A stretch of 44,557 nt of DNA. Origin: a virus. Taxonomy: Duplodnaviria > Caudoviricetes. The stretch spans positions 1-44,557 of IMG/VR virus record IMGVR_UViG_3300026085_000002; one strand, 5' to 3'. The position numbers and the translations under genes are program-made. A model generated the notes under the pieces. The model was not told where the DNA came from and searched no databases. It was given only the letters and a program-made list of their open reading frames with translations. Shown here one piece after another: positions 9,988-22,400 of this stretch (the first letter of the stretch is position 1; each line of letters starts with the position of its first letter).

Positions 9988-12900
9988 ATGGCAAGTATTG
10001 ACAGACAAAATTCACTTTTAGCAAACGAAGATTGGAGCAGAATCTACAAAGCATTTACTTCTGCGGACTTTACTTCGTATGATTTTCCTACTTTGCGTAG
10101 GACTATGATTAACTATCTAAGGGACAACTACCCTGAAGATTTTAATGACTATATTGAAAGTTCGGAATATCTTGCACTAATTGATCTTATTGCATTTTTA
10201 GGGCAAAGTATTTCATACAGAATTGACTTAAATGCAAGAGAAAACTTTATTGAACTAGCAGAACGTAAAGAGTCTGTGTTAAGACTTGCAAGATTGGTTG
10301 GGTATAATCCAAAAAGAAATCAAGGTGCTAGTGGTCTATTAAAAATTATCGGTGTGCAAACAACCGAAGCGGTAACGGACAGTTTAGGAGCCAACCTTGC
10401 TAATAGATTAATTACTTGGAATGATGACACTAATAACAACTGGTCAGAACAGTTTCAAGTTGTAATGAATGCAACTATGCCAGGTACAATGGTATTTGGT
10501 AAGCCAAGACAAAGCGAAGTAATCAACGGAATTCAAACAGAGCAGTATAAATTTAACAGTGCTAACACAGATGTTCCTTTGTTTACATTTTCAAAAAGTT
10601 TACAAGGCAGATCATTACAATTTGAAATTGTTAGTGCAGAAATTAGTAAAGGTGATTTAGTTGAAGAAACACCTTCGTTAGCAAACACTATGGGATTCTT
10701 TTATAGAAATGATAAAAGAGGAAATAGTTCACCTAACTCAGGTTTCTTTATGCACTTCAAACAAGGACAGTTACAAAGTTCGCCGTTTACAGTTTTAAGT
10801 CCAAGTCCAAATGAAATTATTAATATTGACATTCCTAACATTAATAATTCTGATTTATGGTTATGGGAATTAGATAGATTTGGAAATTACAATAGATTAT
10901 GGACAAAACTAGATAGTGTTTATGGTAGTAATGTAATTTACAATTCAATATCACAAGACGTAAGATCTATCTACAGTGTTGTAACAAGAGCAAATGATCA
11001 AATCAGCATTAACTTTGCTGATGGTAATTTTGGTGATTTACCAAAAGGAGATTATAGACTTTATTACAGAACATCAAATGGTTTAAGTTATACAATTTCA
11101 CCAAGTCAAATGCAAGGTGTTGTTGTTGAGATGCCTTATACAAATAAGGCCGGAGTTTCACATACACTAACAATTCAATTAGGATTACAAACAACAGTAA
11201 CAAATTCTGCTCCTGCAGAAGCAACAGATAATATTAGACAAAATGCTCCGTTGGCTTTTTACAATCAAAACAGAATGATTACAGGTGAAGATTATAACAC
11301 ATATCCATTAACAAGTAATCAATCAATTATTAAAGCAAAAGCAGTTAACAGAGCAAGTTCAGGTATTTCAAGACAGTATGATATTGCTGATCCAACTGGA
11401 AAATATAGTTCAACAAATTTAATTGCTGATGACGGTATTCTATATAAAAATGATTTTGAAACAGACTTTACATTTACATTTCAAACACGAAATGATATTT
11501 TAGGAACCATAAGAAATACTTTAGAACCTATTATCACAAGTTTGCCTACAAAAGCATTTTACTACGAAAAATTTCCAAGAATTGATACTAGTGGTATTAA
11601 TATTGATTGGACGTTAGCAACAAGTTCTAGTTCAACCAGCACAGGTTATTTTAGAAACAATTTAAACAATGCACCTATTACAACGGGTTCATTTACATCA
11701 AATAACTTTAGATATGTACAAGCAGATTCAATGATTAAGTTTGTACCACCAACAGGCAAATACTTTTTACCTAACGGTACACTTACAAATACTAAATCAA
11801 AAGAAACTTCAGACTATATTTGGGTTAAGGTATTAAATGTTATAGGTGATGGTTCAAACAGCGGTGCTGGATTGTTAGAAGATAACACAGGACCTGTTGT
11901 ATTAAGTGAAAAAATTCCTTCACTTGCAGTACCGAGTGAAATTATTCCTAATATTATTACAGACCTTCCAAGTGCAATTGAAACAGAAATTATTGATTTA
12001 GTTTTCAATTACAAAACGTTTGGTTTAAGATACGACCAAAACAATTTAGAATGGAAAGTTATTACAAATGCTAACCTAAACACAAAAGATAGTTTTAGTT
12101 TAGAACGTCAAGGTGACCTAACTGGAACCAAAGCAGATAGAAGTTGGTTTGTATTGTTTACCAATGACGGTGAAACATATACGGTAACATACCGAGGATT
12201 AGATTATAGATTTGAAAGCGAAAACTTAATTCAATTCTATGTTGATATTGGTGCTAAAAAATATAACAGTGAAACAGGTGTTGTTATTAAAGATCAAGTT
12301 AAAGTTCTCAAAGTAAATGAAGATCCTTTATTAGACACTATTTTACCTAAAGATTTTCAATGGGAAATTATTAGTAGTATTGTAAACAATGACGGTTATG
12401 AAGAAACAAATAAAATTGCAGTAAACTTTTATGATTCAGACGATGACGGAATGATTGATGATCCAGATAGTTTTGATAAAATTGTTGCTCCGGAATCTCT
12501 TGATCAACGAGGATACAAAGATAAGTTTGTTTTCTTTAACACAACAAGCGTAGGACAAAATCCTATTACAGAAAAAATTGATAAAAGTAATTTTGCAATC
12601 TTTGATAAAGAAGAAAGTATTTCTGCGTTAAGTGATTTTGAAGATGGACAATTATTTTATTTTTATGATCCAGCAGAAGATGTTATTAAACAGTATAATG
12701 CAACAATAGGTGCATTAGAATTACGTGCAGATTATTTTGCTAAATCAGGACGTGACAGTGTTAAGTTTCAGTATGTTCATAATGCTGAAAATGATAGACG
12801 TCTTGATCCATCTAAAACAAACTTAATTGATTTATATGTTTTAACAAGTGCATATGATAATGCATATAGAAGTTATATTGCAGGAGTGGGTGCTAAACCA

Positions 12901-13455
12901 ACACCTCCTACAAGTGAACAGTTACGTTCACAATTTGAAACAGATTTGAATAAAGTTAAAGCAATAAGTGATGAATTAATTTTCCACAGTGTTAAGTACA
13001 GACCATTGTTTGGTGATGATTCAGAAGGTGCCCTACAGGCAACATTTAAAGTTGTTAAAGCACAAGGTTCAACTTTATCTGATAACGAAATTAAAACTTT
13101 GGTAATTGACGCAGTGAATGATTTCTTTGCTATTGGTAATTGGGAGTTTGGTGATAGTTTCCATTTTACAGAATTAGCAACATTCGTACAATTAAACATT
13201 ACGCCTAATATTGCAAACTTTGTTATTGTACCAAGAAATAGCACACAGGTATTTGGTTCATTATTTGAAATTACAAGTAGATCAGATGAAATATTCATCA
13301 GCACTGCGACAGTTGATAACGTTGAGATTATTGATAGTGTTACAGCCGCAAATCTAAAAGCAGACGGTAATGTTGTAACATCCATCGACCAGGTAACAGG
13401 CAATGTATCAGTTGCATCAGGAAGTTCAACAAGCAGTTCAGGGTCTAGTTACTAA
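9988..13455 (+). CDS. gp6-like baseplate wedge protein
   Basis: DFTSYDF...ENFIELAERKESVLRLARLVGYNPKR; INFADGNFGDLP; IRQNAP...QNRMITGEDY. Confidence 0.92.
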   Translation: MASIDRQNSLLANEDWSRIYKAFTSADFTSYDFPTLRRTMINYLRDNYPEDFNDYIESSEYLALIDLIAFLGQSISYRIDLNARENFIELAERKESVLRLARLVGYNPKRNQGASGLLKIIGVQTTEAVTDSLGANLANRLITWNDDTNNNWSEQFQVVMNATMPGTMVFGKPRQSEVINGIQTEQYKFNSANTDVPLFTFSKSLQGRSLQFEIVSAEISKGDLVEETPSLANTMGFFYRNDKRGNSSPNSGFFMHFKQGQLQSSPFTVLSPSPNEIINIDIPNINNSDLWLWELDRFGNYNRLWTKLDSVYGSNVIYNSISQDVRSIYSVVTRANDQISINFADGNFGDLPKGDYRLYYRTSNGLSYTISPSQMQGVVVEMPYTNKAGVSHTLTIQLGLQTTVTNSAPAEATDNIRQNAPLAFYNQNRMITGEDYNTYPLTSNQSIIKAKAVNRASSGISRQYDIADPTGKYSSTNLIADDGILYKNDFETDFTFTFQTRNDILGTIRNTLEPIITSLPTKAFYYEKFPRIDTSGINIDWTLATSSSSTSTGYFRNNLNNAPITTGSFTSNNFRYVQADSMIKFVPPTGKYFLPNGTLTNTKSKETSDYIWVKVLNVIGDGSNSGAGLLEDNTGPVVLSEKIPSLAVPSEIIPNIITDLPSAIETEIIDLVFNYKTFGLRYDQNNLEWKVITNANLNTKDSFSLERQGDLTGTKADRSWFVLFTNDGETYTVTYRGLDYRFESENLIQFYVDIGAKKYNSETGVVIKDQVKVLKVNEDPLLDTILPKDFQWEIISSIVNNDGYEETNKIAVNFYDSDDDGMIDDPDSFDKIVAPESLDQRGYKDKFVFFNTTSVGQNPITEKIDKSNFAIFDKEESISALSDFEDGQLFYFYDPAEDVIKQYNATIGALELRADYFAKSGRDSVKFQYVHNAENDRRLDPSKTNLIDLYVLTSAYDNAYRSYIAGVGAKPTPPTSEQLRSQFETDLNKVKAISDELIFHSVKYRPLFGDDSEGALQATFKVVKAQGSTLSDNEIKTLVIDAVNDFFAIGNWEFGDSFHFTELATFVQLNITPNIANFVIVPRNSTQVFGSLFEITSRSDEIFISTATVDNVEIIDSVTAANLKADGNVVTSIDQVTGNVSVASGSSTSSSGSSY

Positions 13456-13467
13456 TATGGGTTTAAG

Positions 13468-16400
13468 ATGGCATACAGCGATAAAGATACACCAGTAAAC
13501 ATTGAGAACAAAGACAAGCACAGAAATAGTGCTGATTTGTTACCTCTATACTTTAGAACAGAGGCTAACAAAAAGTTTCTTGGTGCAACAATTGACGGTT
13601 TAATATCAAAAGGTAATTTAGATCGTTTAAACGGTTATGTTGGTTCACGTTTTACAACAAACGCTAAAGCAACCGACGTTTACGTAACAGAGCCTACAAG
13701 CAATCGTAGAAGATATAATTTACTTCCGAGTGCAGTTGTTAGAGATGAATTTAATGACAAAACGGAATGGGTGTCAACCTACGACGACCTTTTAAATCAA
13801 CTTAACTTCTTTAATGGTAATACAGAAAGACAAGATAGACTTACATCAAGTGATTATTATGTTTGGAATCCACTTATTAATTACGATAAGTTTGTAAACT
13901 ATAGACAATATTATTGGTTACCTAATGGTCCTTCACCTGTAACTATTACAGGTTTTGCAAAAGGTTCACAAAGTACTTTCGAAGTTAAAAATAAAAATCA
14001 AGATGCATATATTTTTACACCTGATGGTTATGCAGAAAATCCTATACTAAGAGTTTACAGAGGAACAACTTATACATTTAGCATTGATTCTCAAGGACAT
14101 CCGTTTTACATTAAAACTGCAAAAACAGTAGGTACGGGTGATCAATATAACACCGGTGTTACAGGCAACGGTAGTGAACAAGGAATGCTTATTTGGACAG
14201 TTCCTGACAGTGCTCCGGACTTTTTATATTATCAATGTGGTGTTCATTCTAAGATGAACGGTATTATTGAAATTTTAAATGCGGATGAAGAACTTGCTAT
14301 TAATGTTGAAAGTGAAATTACAGGTAAGAAAGATTACACATCTGCTAACGGTGTTAAATTTACCAACGGGTTAAAAATTAACTTTGAAGGTAGCGTTACA
14401 CCCACATCATACTTAGATAGAAATTTTTATGTAACAGGTGTTGGTAAATCAATTAAATTAATCGCAGAAGATGAATTAGATACACCTGAATTATACAGTT
14501 CAAATTTTGATTATGAATTTGATATTGAAGATTTTGATGACACACCTTTTGACGATGTTGAAAGTTATCCAACAAAGCCAGAATACATTACAATTGATAT
14601 TTCTTCACAAGATAAAAATCCTTGGTCAAGATATAATCGTTGGTTTCACAAGGAAGTAATCGAGGCCGCGGCACGTTACAACAATACAAGTATTATTCTT
14701 GATGAAGATCAACGTGCTAAAAGACCTATTATTGAATTTAAACCTAATGTTAAGTTACATAACTTTGGTGTTAAAGGAGTTGCAAATGTAGATTTAGTTG
14801 ATACACAAACAACTGATGCAATGAGTAACGTTGAAGGTAGCATTGGTTATTATGCCGACCAGGAAATTTTACAACAAGATATGCGTGTTATCTTTAATGC
14901 TGACACAGATATAACTGTAAAAGGAAAGATTTATAAGGTTAACTTTGTTAAGCACGAAGGTAAATCAAGAATACATTTAGTTGAAGACACAGTACCTAGT
15001 GAAGGTGATAGTGTTGTTGCAACTGCTGGAGTTAACAATCAAGGAACTAGTTGGTATTTTGACGGTAGTAGTTGGCAAAAAGGTCAACAGAAAACTTCAT
15101 TAAACCAACAACCTAAATTTGATTTATTTGATAAGGACGGTAATAGTTATTCTAGTAGCACGTATCCAGGTTCAACATTTATGGGTAATGAACTTGTAAG
15201 TTATAAAATTGGTACAGGATCGAATGACGTTGAATTAGGATTTCCAATTTCTTATCAGAATGTTGATAACGTTGGTGACATTACATTTGAATTTGATTGG
15301 GACGATAACACATTTGATTATACTGGAACAGATGGGTTTGTTAAAACAATTGATACTGCCAGTGGATATGCAAAAGTATTTTCCGATGCATCAAACTATC
15401 AATATCAAAGTGGATGGCAAAAATCTACTAAAAAGACTAGACAAGCAATTATACAGATTAATGATTTTACAGAAGAGTCAACTATTATTCAACTTTCTTG
15501 TATTGACGATTCTGCTTTAAAATATAGAAACTTTGAAGTCACTGTTGAGTTTGATGGTAAAACACATAAGCCTGTTTCTGATTTTGATTTTCTAGAAGTT
15601 GAAGGTAGTCCGTTTATTGTTTTACAATTTAAAAACACTATTCCTGTAGGGACAAGAACACGTACAAAAATTTATACAACAGAAAAACCAAATAATAACG
15701 GGTTTTATGAAGCACCTATAAACTTAACAAACAATGCAGAAAACAATGACCTAACAACATTTACATTAGGTAGTATTAGTGATCACTTTAAAACTATTTT
15801 TGAAAATAACATTAATATTACTGGTGTTGCATATGGTTCCAATAATGCAAGAGATGTTAATGACATTCACCTAGACGGTTTACGTTATGTAAAACATCAA
15901 GGTAGTTTATTAAACTCGATGTTTGCATTGGTTGATTATGATAGCAATATTATCAAAGCCACAAGAAAAGTTGCAAACGATTATAACTTTTTTAAAGAAC
16001 AACTATTACAAAAAGCAACAGAAATAGAATTAACAGGTGATATTAAACGAGATTTAGATCTTGTTTTGTACGCAATGAGTCAAAACCGAGATCCTGGTAA
16101 GCCTTACTACTATTCAGATATGCTTGGGTACGGTAAACGTGTTACAACTTTAGAGTATGAAGTAAAAACAATTACACAAAATATATTTGGTATTACAACT
16201 TTATTTGATCCTAAGAAGATTCAAAATAGAGCAGTGTATGTTTATCTTAACAATGAATTACTATTCTTAGGTAAAGATTATGAGTTTGATACTGTTGATG
16301 ATAGTGTTACTATTAAGCGTACACTAAAACAAGGCGATAAGATTGTAATCAATGACTATGATACTGTCGGCGGCGTTGTTCCTCAAACTCCTACAAAATT

Positions 16401-19400
16401 AGGTTTGTATCCAAAATACGAACCAATGAAGTATGATGACGAAACTTATGTTGAAACACAAACTGTAATTAAAGGTCACGATGGTAGCATTATGTTAGCA
16501 TTCAACGACTTTAGAGATGATATTTTATTAGAGTTTGAAAAAAGAATTTATAACAACCTTAAAGTAGAATACAATAAAAAAGTTTTTAATATTGATGAGT
16601 ATGTACCAAATGCTTTTAGAAAAACAGAGTACACACGTGATGAATTTTTAAATATTCTAAGACAAGATTTTGGTATGTGGACTAATATGTTCACTATTGA
16701 TTATGTAACAAACAACTTCTTAGATGAAACAAATGAATTTACTTACAACTATAAAAGTAATAGAGATAATTTAAAAAATGAATTCCTACCAGGATACTGG
16801 AAAGGAATTTATATGCACTATTATGGAACAATTAAACCTCATTTAGCACCTTGGGAAATGATAGGGTTTACAGAAAAACCTAGTTGGTTTGATAATGAAT
16901 ATGGTGCGGCACCTTATACAAGTGGTAACAAAAAACTTTGGAATGATTTAGAAAAAGGTATTATTAGAGATACAACAGGACTAGAGATTAATTCTGTTTA
17001 TGCAAGACCGGGTTTAAGTAAAATGATTCCTGTAAATGATTACGGAGAATTATTAGATCCTATTAGAGCAGGTATAGTAGGAGAATTAAATCAAAGTAAC
17101 TTTAAACAAGAATATGACTTTGGTGACAACGCACCTAGTGAATTTTCTTGGAGAAATTCTAGTTGGTATCCATACGCAATTCAAGTTGCATTAATGTTAA
17201 TGAAACCTGCAGAGTATTTTGGTAAGTTATTTGACACTGGTCAAAACGAAATTGCACCTAGTGGAAACTTTTTATACAAAATTACAGGTAAAGTTTTAGA
17301 TCTAACTGATGTTAGAATCCACGAATCGGTTGTTAATAATGTTAAACACTTTGGTTATGGTTATCATACATTTATTGTTGAATATTTAAAAAGTCAAAGC
17401 AAAGATAGTATAAGCGTTTATCAGGACAAAATTAAACGCACATCAATGAACTTGGTTTACAAGGTCGGCGGCTATACAAGTAAAACTAGACTAAGAGTTT
17501 TATTAGAAACAAATAATAATGCTAATTCACAAAGCGTGTTCTTACCAAATGAAAACTATGAAATTCTTTTAAGAACAAGTAATCCTGTTACTTCTAAAAA
17601 GATTAGTGGTATCATTGTTGAAAAAGCAACAGACGGATTTAAGATTAGAGGTTATGACAGATATGATCCTAACTTTATTATTAGAAAACCTATCCATACA
17701 AAACAAGATCCTGTTATTAATGTAGGCGGACAAAGTGCAAGTTTTGTAAACTGGAATGCAAACAAATTTTATACAGCAGGACAAATTGTTGAATTAACAA
17801 ACGGCGGGTTCTGGAGATGTACAGTACAACATACAAGCACAACAGAGTTTGACGATAGCAAATTTATTAGATTACCTGGATTGCCAACAACCGGCGGCGC
17901 AGAAGTACAAAAAGCAAAAAGATATGAGTCAACAAATACAATTATTCCATACGGAACAACGTACACAAAAGTACAAGATGTTTATGATCTTATTATGGGA
18001 TATGGCGAATATCTAAAAAGTGAAGGGTTTGTATTTGACAAGTACCAAGAAGTTATTAAAGAAATTCAAGACTGGGCATTTTCTGGCAAGGAATTTTTAT
18101 TTTGGAGTACCCAAGGTTGGGTAGAAGGAAGTGTTATTACATTGGCTCCATTCGCTGATGGTTTGAAATTTAGTTTCAACTATGCACAGGTTGATAATGT
18201 ACTAAACAGTTTTTATGAATACACATTATTAACAGCAAGTGGTACACCATTATCAAAAGATAATTTTACAACCACTAGAGAAAGTGGTGTGTTTACTCTA
18301 AGACCTATTGATACAAATAATGGTTTATATTATGCACAATTAAATCTAGTGCAAAAAGAACATCTATTAATTTTTGATGATAGAAGTGTATTTGGTGATA
18401 TCATTTATGACCAAGAAGCAGGATATAGAATACAACGTTTAAAATTATTAGGATTTAAAACAAGCGAGTGGGACGGCGACACATATAGTCCAGGATTTGT
18501 TTATGATGAAGCACAGGTTACTGATTGGATACAAAACCAAGATTATTATCTAGGTGATGTTGTAAGAAACAAAAATTTATATTATAGTGCTAAGAAATTT
18601 ATTCCTGGTACAGTAACTTTTGATTTTAACGATTGGGTTTATTTAGGTACTAAACCTGTTGCTGATTTATTACCTAACTTAGATTATAAAGCAAGTTCGT
18701 TTGAAGACTTTTATAGTTTAGAAAGTGAAAACTTTGACGTTCAACAAACACAATTTGCACAACATTTGGTTGGATATCAAAAGAGATCATATTTAGATAA
18801 TCTTATTAAGGATGAAGTGTCACAATTTAAATTCTATCAAGGATTTATTAAAGAAAAAGGCACAACAAACTCTATTAGTAAAATTCAAAGACTACAACTT
18901 GATCAGGTCGATACTAGCATTGAATCAAATGAGGAATGGGCATTTAAAGTTGGAAGTCTAGGAAGTAAATCAACAACAAAAGAAATTGAATTTGCATTAG
19001 ATGAAGCATTAAACGTTGATAATCCTCAAGGCTTTGATTTTGTAAGTGCTGTAACATCAGGTAAGAAAAGCAGTAACGTTATCGAATTATTATCTAAAGA
19101 TATTGCTGTTAAACCAAACGATTATAATAATAATCCTTGGCCAACTTTTGATATGACATTACCTGGTAACACAGTAGATAAAATACACAGATTACCTGTT
19201 GCTGGTTATCCTAGATTAGATGATGTGACAATGACGGTGTTTAATTATGATGAACTCATTGGAAACACAGTTGTAAATTCATTAGGTGAAGGATCATCGG
19301 TCTGGGTAGCAAGAAGCAAAAATAAGGATTGGGATGTCTATAGACTTGTTGGTAATAGAGCAAGGGTTATTGAAACAGATGATTTACAAACATCTCTTGC

Positions 19401-22400
19401 TTCGGGTATTATTACATTAAACACAGATGTTCCACACTTATTGACCAAAGGTGAACTAATAAGCATCAAAGATTTTGATATCGATGTTGACGGTGTTTAC
19501 GAAGTTAATAGTATTACAAGTCCTACACAATTTACTATTGCTACAACTTTAGAAGATTTAGATATCACTGAAGATAGTGCAACAGGATCATTACTTGAAT
19601 TACAAAGTGTAAGATTAACAAGTGTTGACGATATTAATAATCTTAAAGACATTTCATCTTACAATGTCGGCAGTTCGGTTTTCGCTGATGACGATTCAAC
19701 AGGAAACTGGGCAGTATACAAAAAGACAGAAGCATACACTAGAAACAAATACGGTGCACCTAACACAGTAGTAGGACAAAAGTTTGCTACAAAAATTGTT
19801 AGTGGTGACCAAGGAAGACTTATTATTGCTTCAAGCATAGCGTCGGGTGATGAAGGTACTGTTTCTGTGCTAAGACGTAAGTTTAACACAAACATTACTT
19901 CACTATCTCCTGTACAAGGTTTTGCACTCAGCGACAACCCATTAGACGATTTAGTAACTGGTACACCAGAGTTTGGTTCATCATTGGCACTATCAGGAAC
20001 TGATAATACAATGGCAGTTGGAGCACCTAGAGCCAACAATCCTAAAATTGCTATAAATGACGATCCTAACAACAAATTCTTTAAGGTTAGTTTGTTAAAC
20101 TCGGTGGTAAGACCAAGTGTAAGAGAAGGTGTTGTTAAATTGTTAGAGTATGACACTGCGTCAAACCTATTCGTAACAAAATATATTCTTGCTTGTCCTG
20201 ATGTAAACAACGATGCTAACTTTGGTTATTCACTGGCTGTTAGTGACAATAGATTAGTTGTTGGTGCTCCAGGCGTAACAAACAGCCAAGGTAAGGTTTA
20301 CATTTACACTAAATCAGTTCAACAAGATGGTAGCACAGTTGATTGGCAATTATCTTCTGCGATGCCTGAATTGCATTTAGGCGTTGATGCACAAGACGGT
20401 GATAGATTTGGTGAAACCATTGCCGCAACCAAAGATATGGAATTAATTGCAGTTGGAGTTCCAAATGCGGAAGTTTCAAATGCAGACGGAGACAGTACCA
20501 AGAACGAGGGTGCTGTATATGTTTATAGATATGCAGATGAAAGTGGCATATATGATTTAGTACAAAAAATTGATCTTTCAAATACTGATATTGCTACTGG
20601 TGATAGATTTGGTGCAAGTATCACAATGAGTGATAAAGGTGAAACATTAATTATAGGTGCACCTTACAGCGATCAGAACAACACAAACAACGGTGCTTTG
20701 TATTATTTCCGTAAAACAACAGATGAAAGCACAACAGACGTTTATGAATTTGTTCAAACTATTTTAAGTCCAACAACAGAAGTTGGCGAAAGATTTGGCT
20801 CACAGGTAAGCCTTAATAACGCAGGTACAAGTTTTGCGGTAACTGCCGAAGGCGGAAGCAATTATTTAGAAACAACATTTGACGATAGCGGAGTACTAGA
20901 ATTTCCAACTACGTTTGATGCTAACACAACCAAGATACAGGATTACCAACAAGGTTCTGGTACAGTTTACACATATACAAAACTTGGAACTAAATTTGTG
21001 TTTGGTCAAAAATTAACAAGTTCGGATGTAAGAGAAAAAGACGGCTTTGGTACAGGATTAAATTTTGCTGTAAACAGCGTATTGGTTGGTGCACCAGGAG
21101 CCATTACAACAGATGAAAATATTCAAACAGGTTCATTGTATGTCTATCAGAAACAAGCAACTGCTGGTTGGGATAAAACTAGGTATGAACCTGAATTAAC
21201 TGATCCTTATAGGGTTAAAAATGTTTTTACATATAACACCGAAACAAGTCAAGTTAAAGATTATTTAGAAGTCATAGATCCTGTTAAAGGTAAAATTCCT
21301 TACCTAGCAGAAAAAGAACTTGCATACAAAACAGATCACGATCCAGCAATTTATAGTGCAAGTGATCTTTCAGTTAATGTAAATGCTAACAAACCTTGGA
21401 CAGACGAACACGAAGGAGAGTTATGGTGGGATTTAAGCACAATTAAGTATCTTTGGTATGAACAAGGCGACACAGAATACAGAACAAATAACTGGGGATC
21501 ATTCTTCCCAGGTTCGAGCATTGATGTTTACGAATGGATAGCAACTGATCTAACACCAACTGAATGGTTAGATGTTGCAGATACAAACGAAGGTATTGCT
21601 TCGGGATTTAGTGGAACACCTAAATATGACAATAATACCTATGCTGTAAAACGTGTTTACAATGCAACAACAAATACATTCCAAACACGTTATTACTATT
21701 GGGTAAGAAATACAGTAATTGTTCCTGAAAAAGATTTTAGAACATTGCCTGCTGTTGAAGTGGCAAGCATTATTGCTAATCCGGTTGCATATGGTATTAA
21801 GAGTTTACAATTATTAGGCAAGAATAGAATTAGTTTATCTAATGTTAAAACAACATTAAGTGATACAGATATTTCACTTGCTGTTTACTATTCAACGGTT
21901 GCAACAGATTTACCAGAACACAATGAATGGTTAATATTACAAGAAAATCAAACACAAAAAATTGATCACAAACTTTTAATTAAAAAGTTATATGATAGTT
22001 TAGTTGGTTTTGATGATCAAGGTAATGCTGTTCCTGATCCAGATTTACCTAAGCAAAGAAAATATGGTATTCAAATACGTCCAAGACAAAGTATGTTCCA
22101 GGACAGATTGAATGCATTAAAAGTCGTATTAACTTATGTCAACGATGTACTTGCAAAAAATAGAATTTCAGACACTAGAGATATTAGTGGATTAAGCAGA
22201 AATGATCCACAACCTAATACACGTTCAGGAAAGTATGACGTTAAGGTTGACAACTTTAGTGATATAGCAAATCTTGGAACACAAGATTTAATAACAGCAA
22301 CACTAGGTGTTGAACTTAAAAACGGTAGGATTGAAAAAGTTTCAATAGTTAAACCAGGCTTTGGTTACAAATATGCTCCTGAAGTTACCGTACTTGGTGA

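Noticed and set aside
13457-13498. Upstream ATG (ACTAATATG) before the giant gene, resembling the leaderless motif
   Set aside because: Lacks the TAAATA core and opens only a 13-codon out-of-frame ORF.
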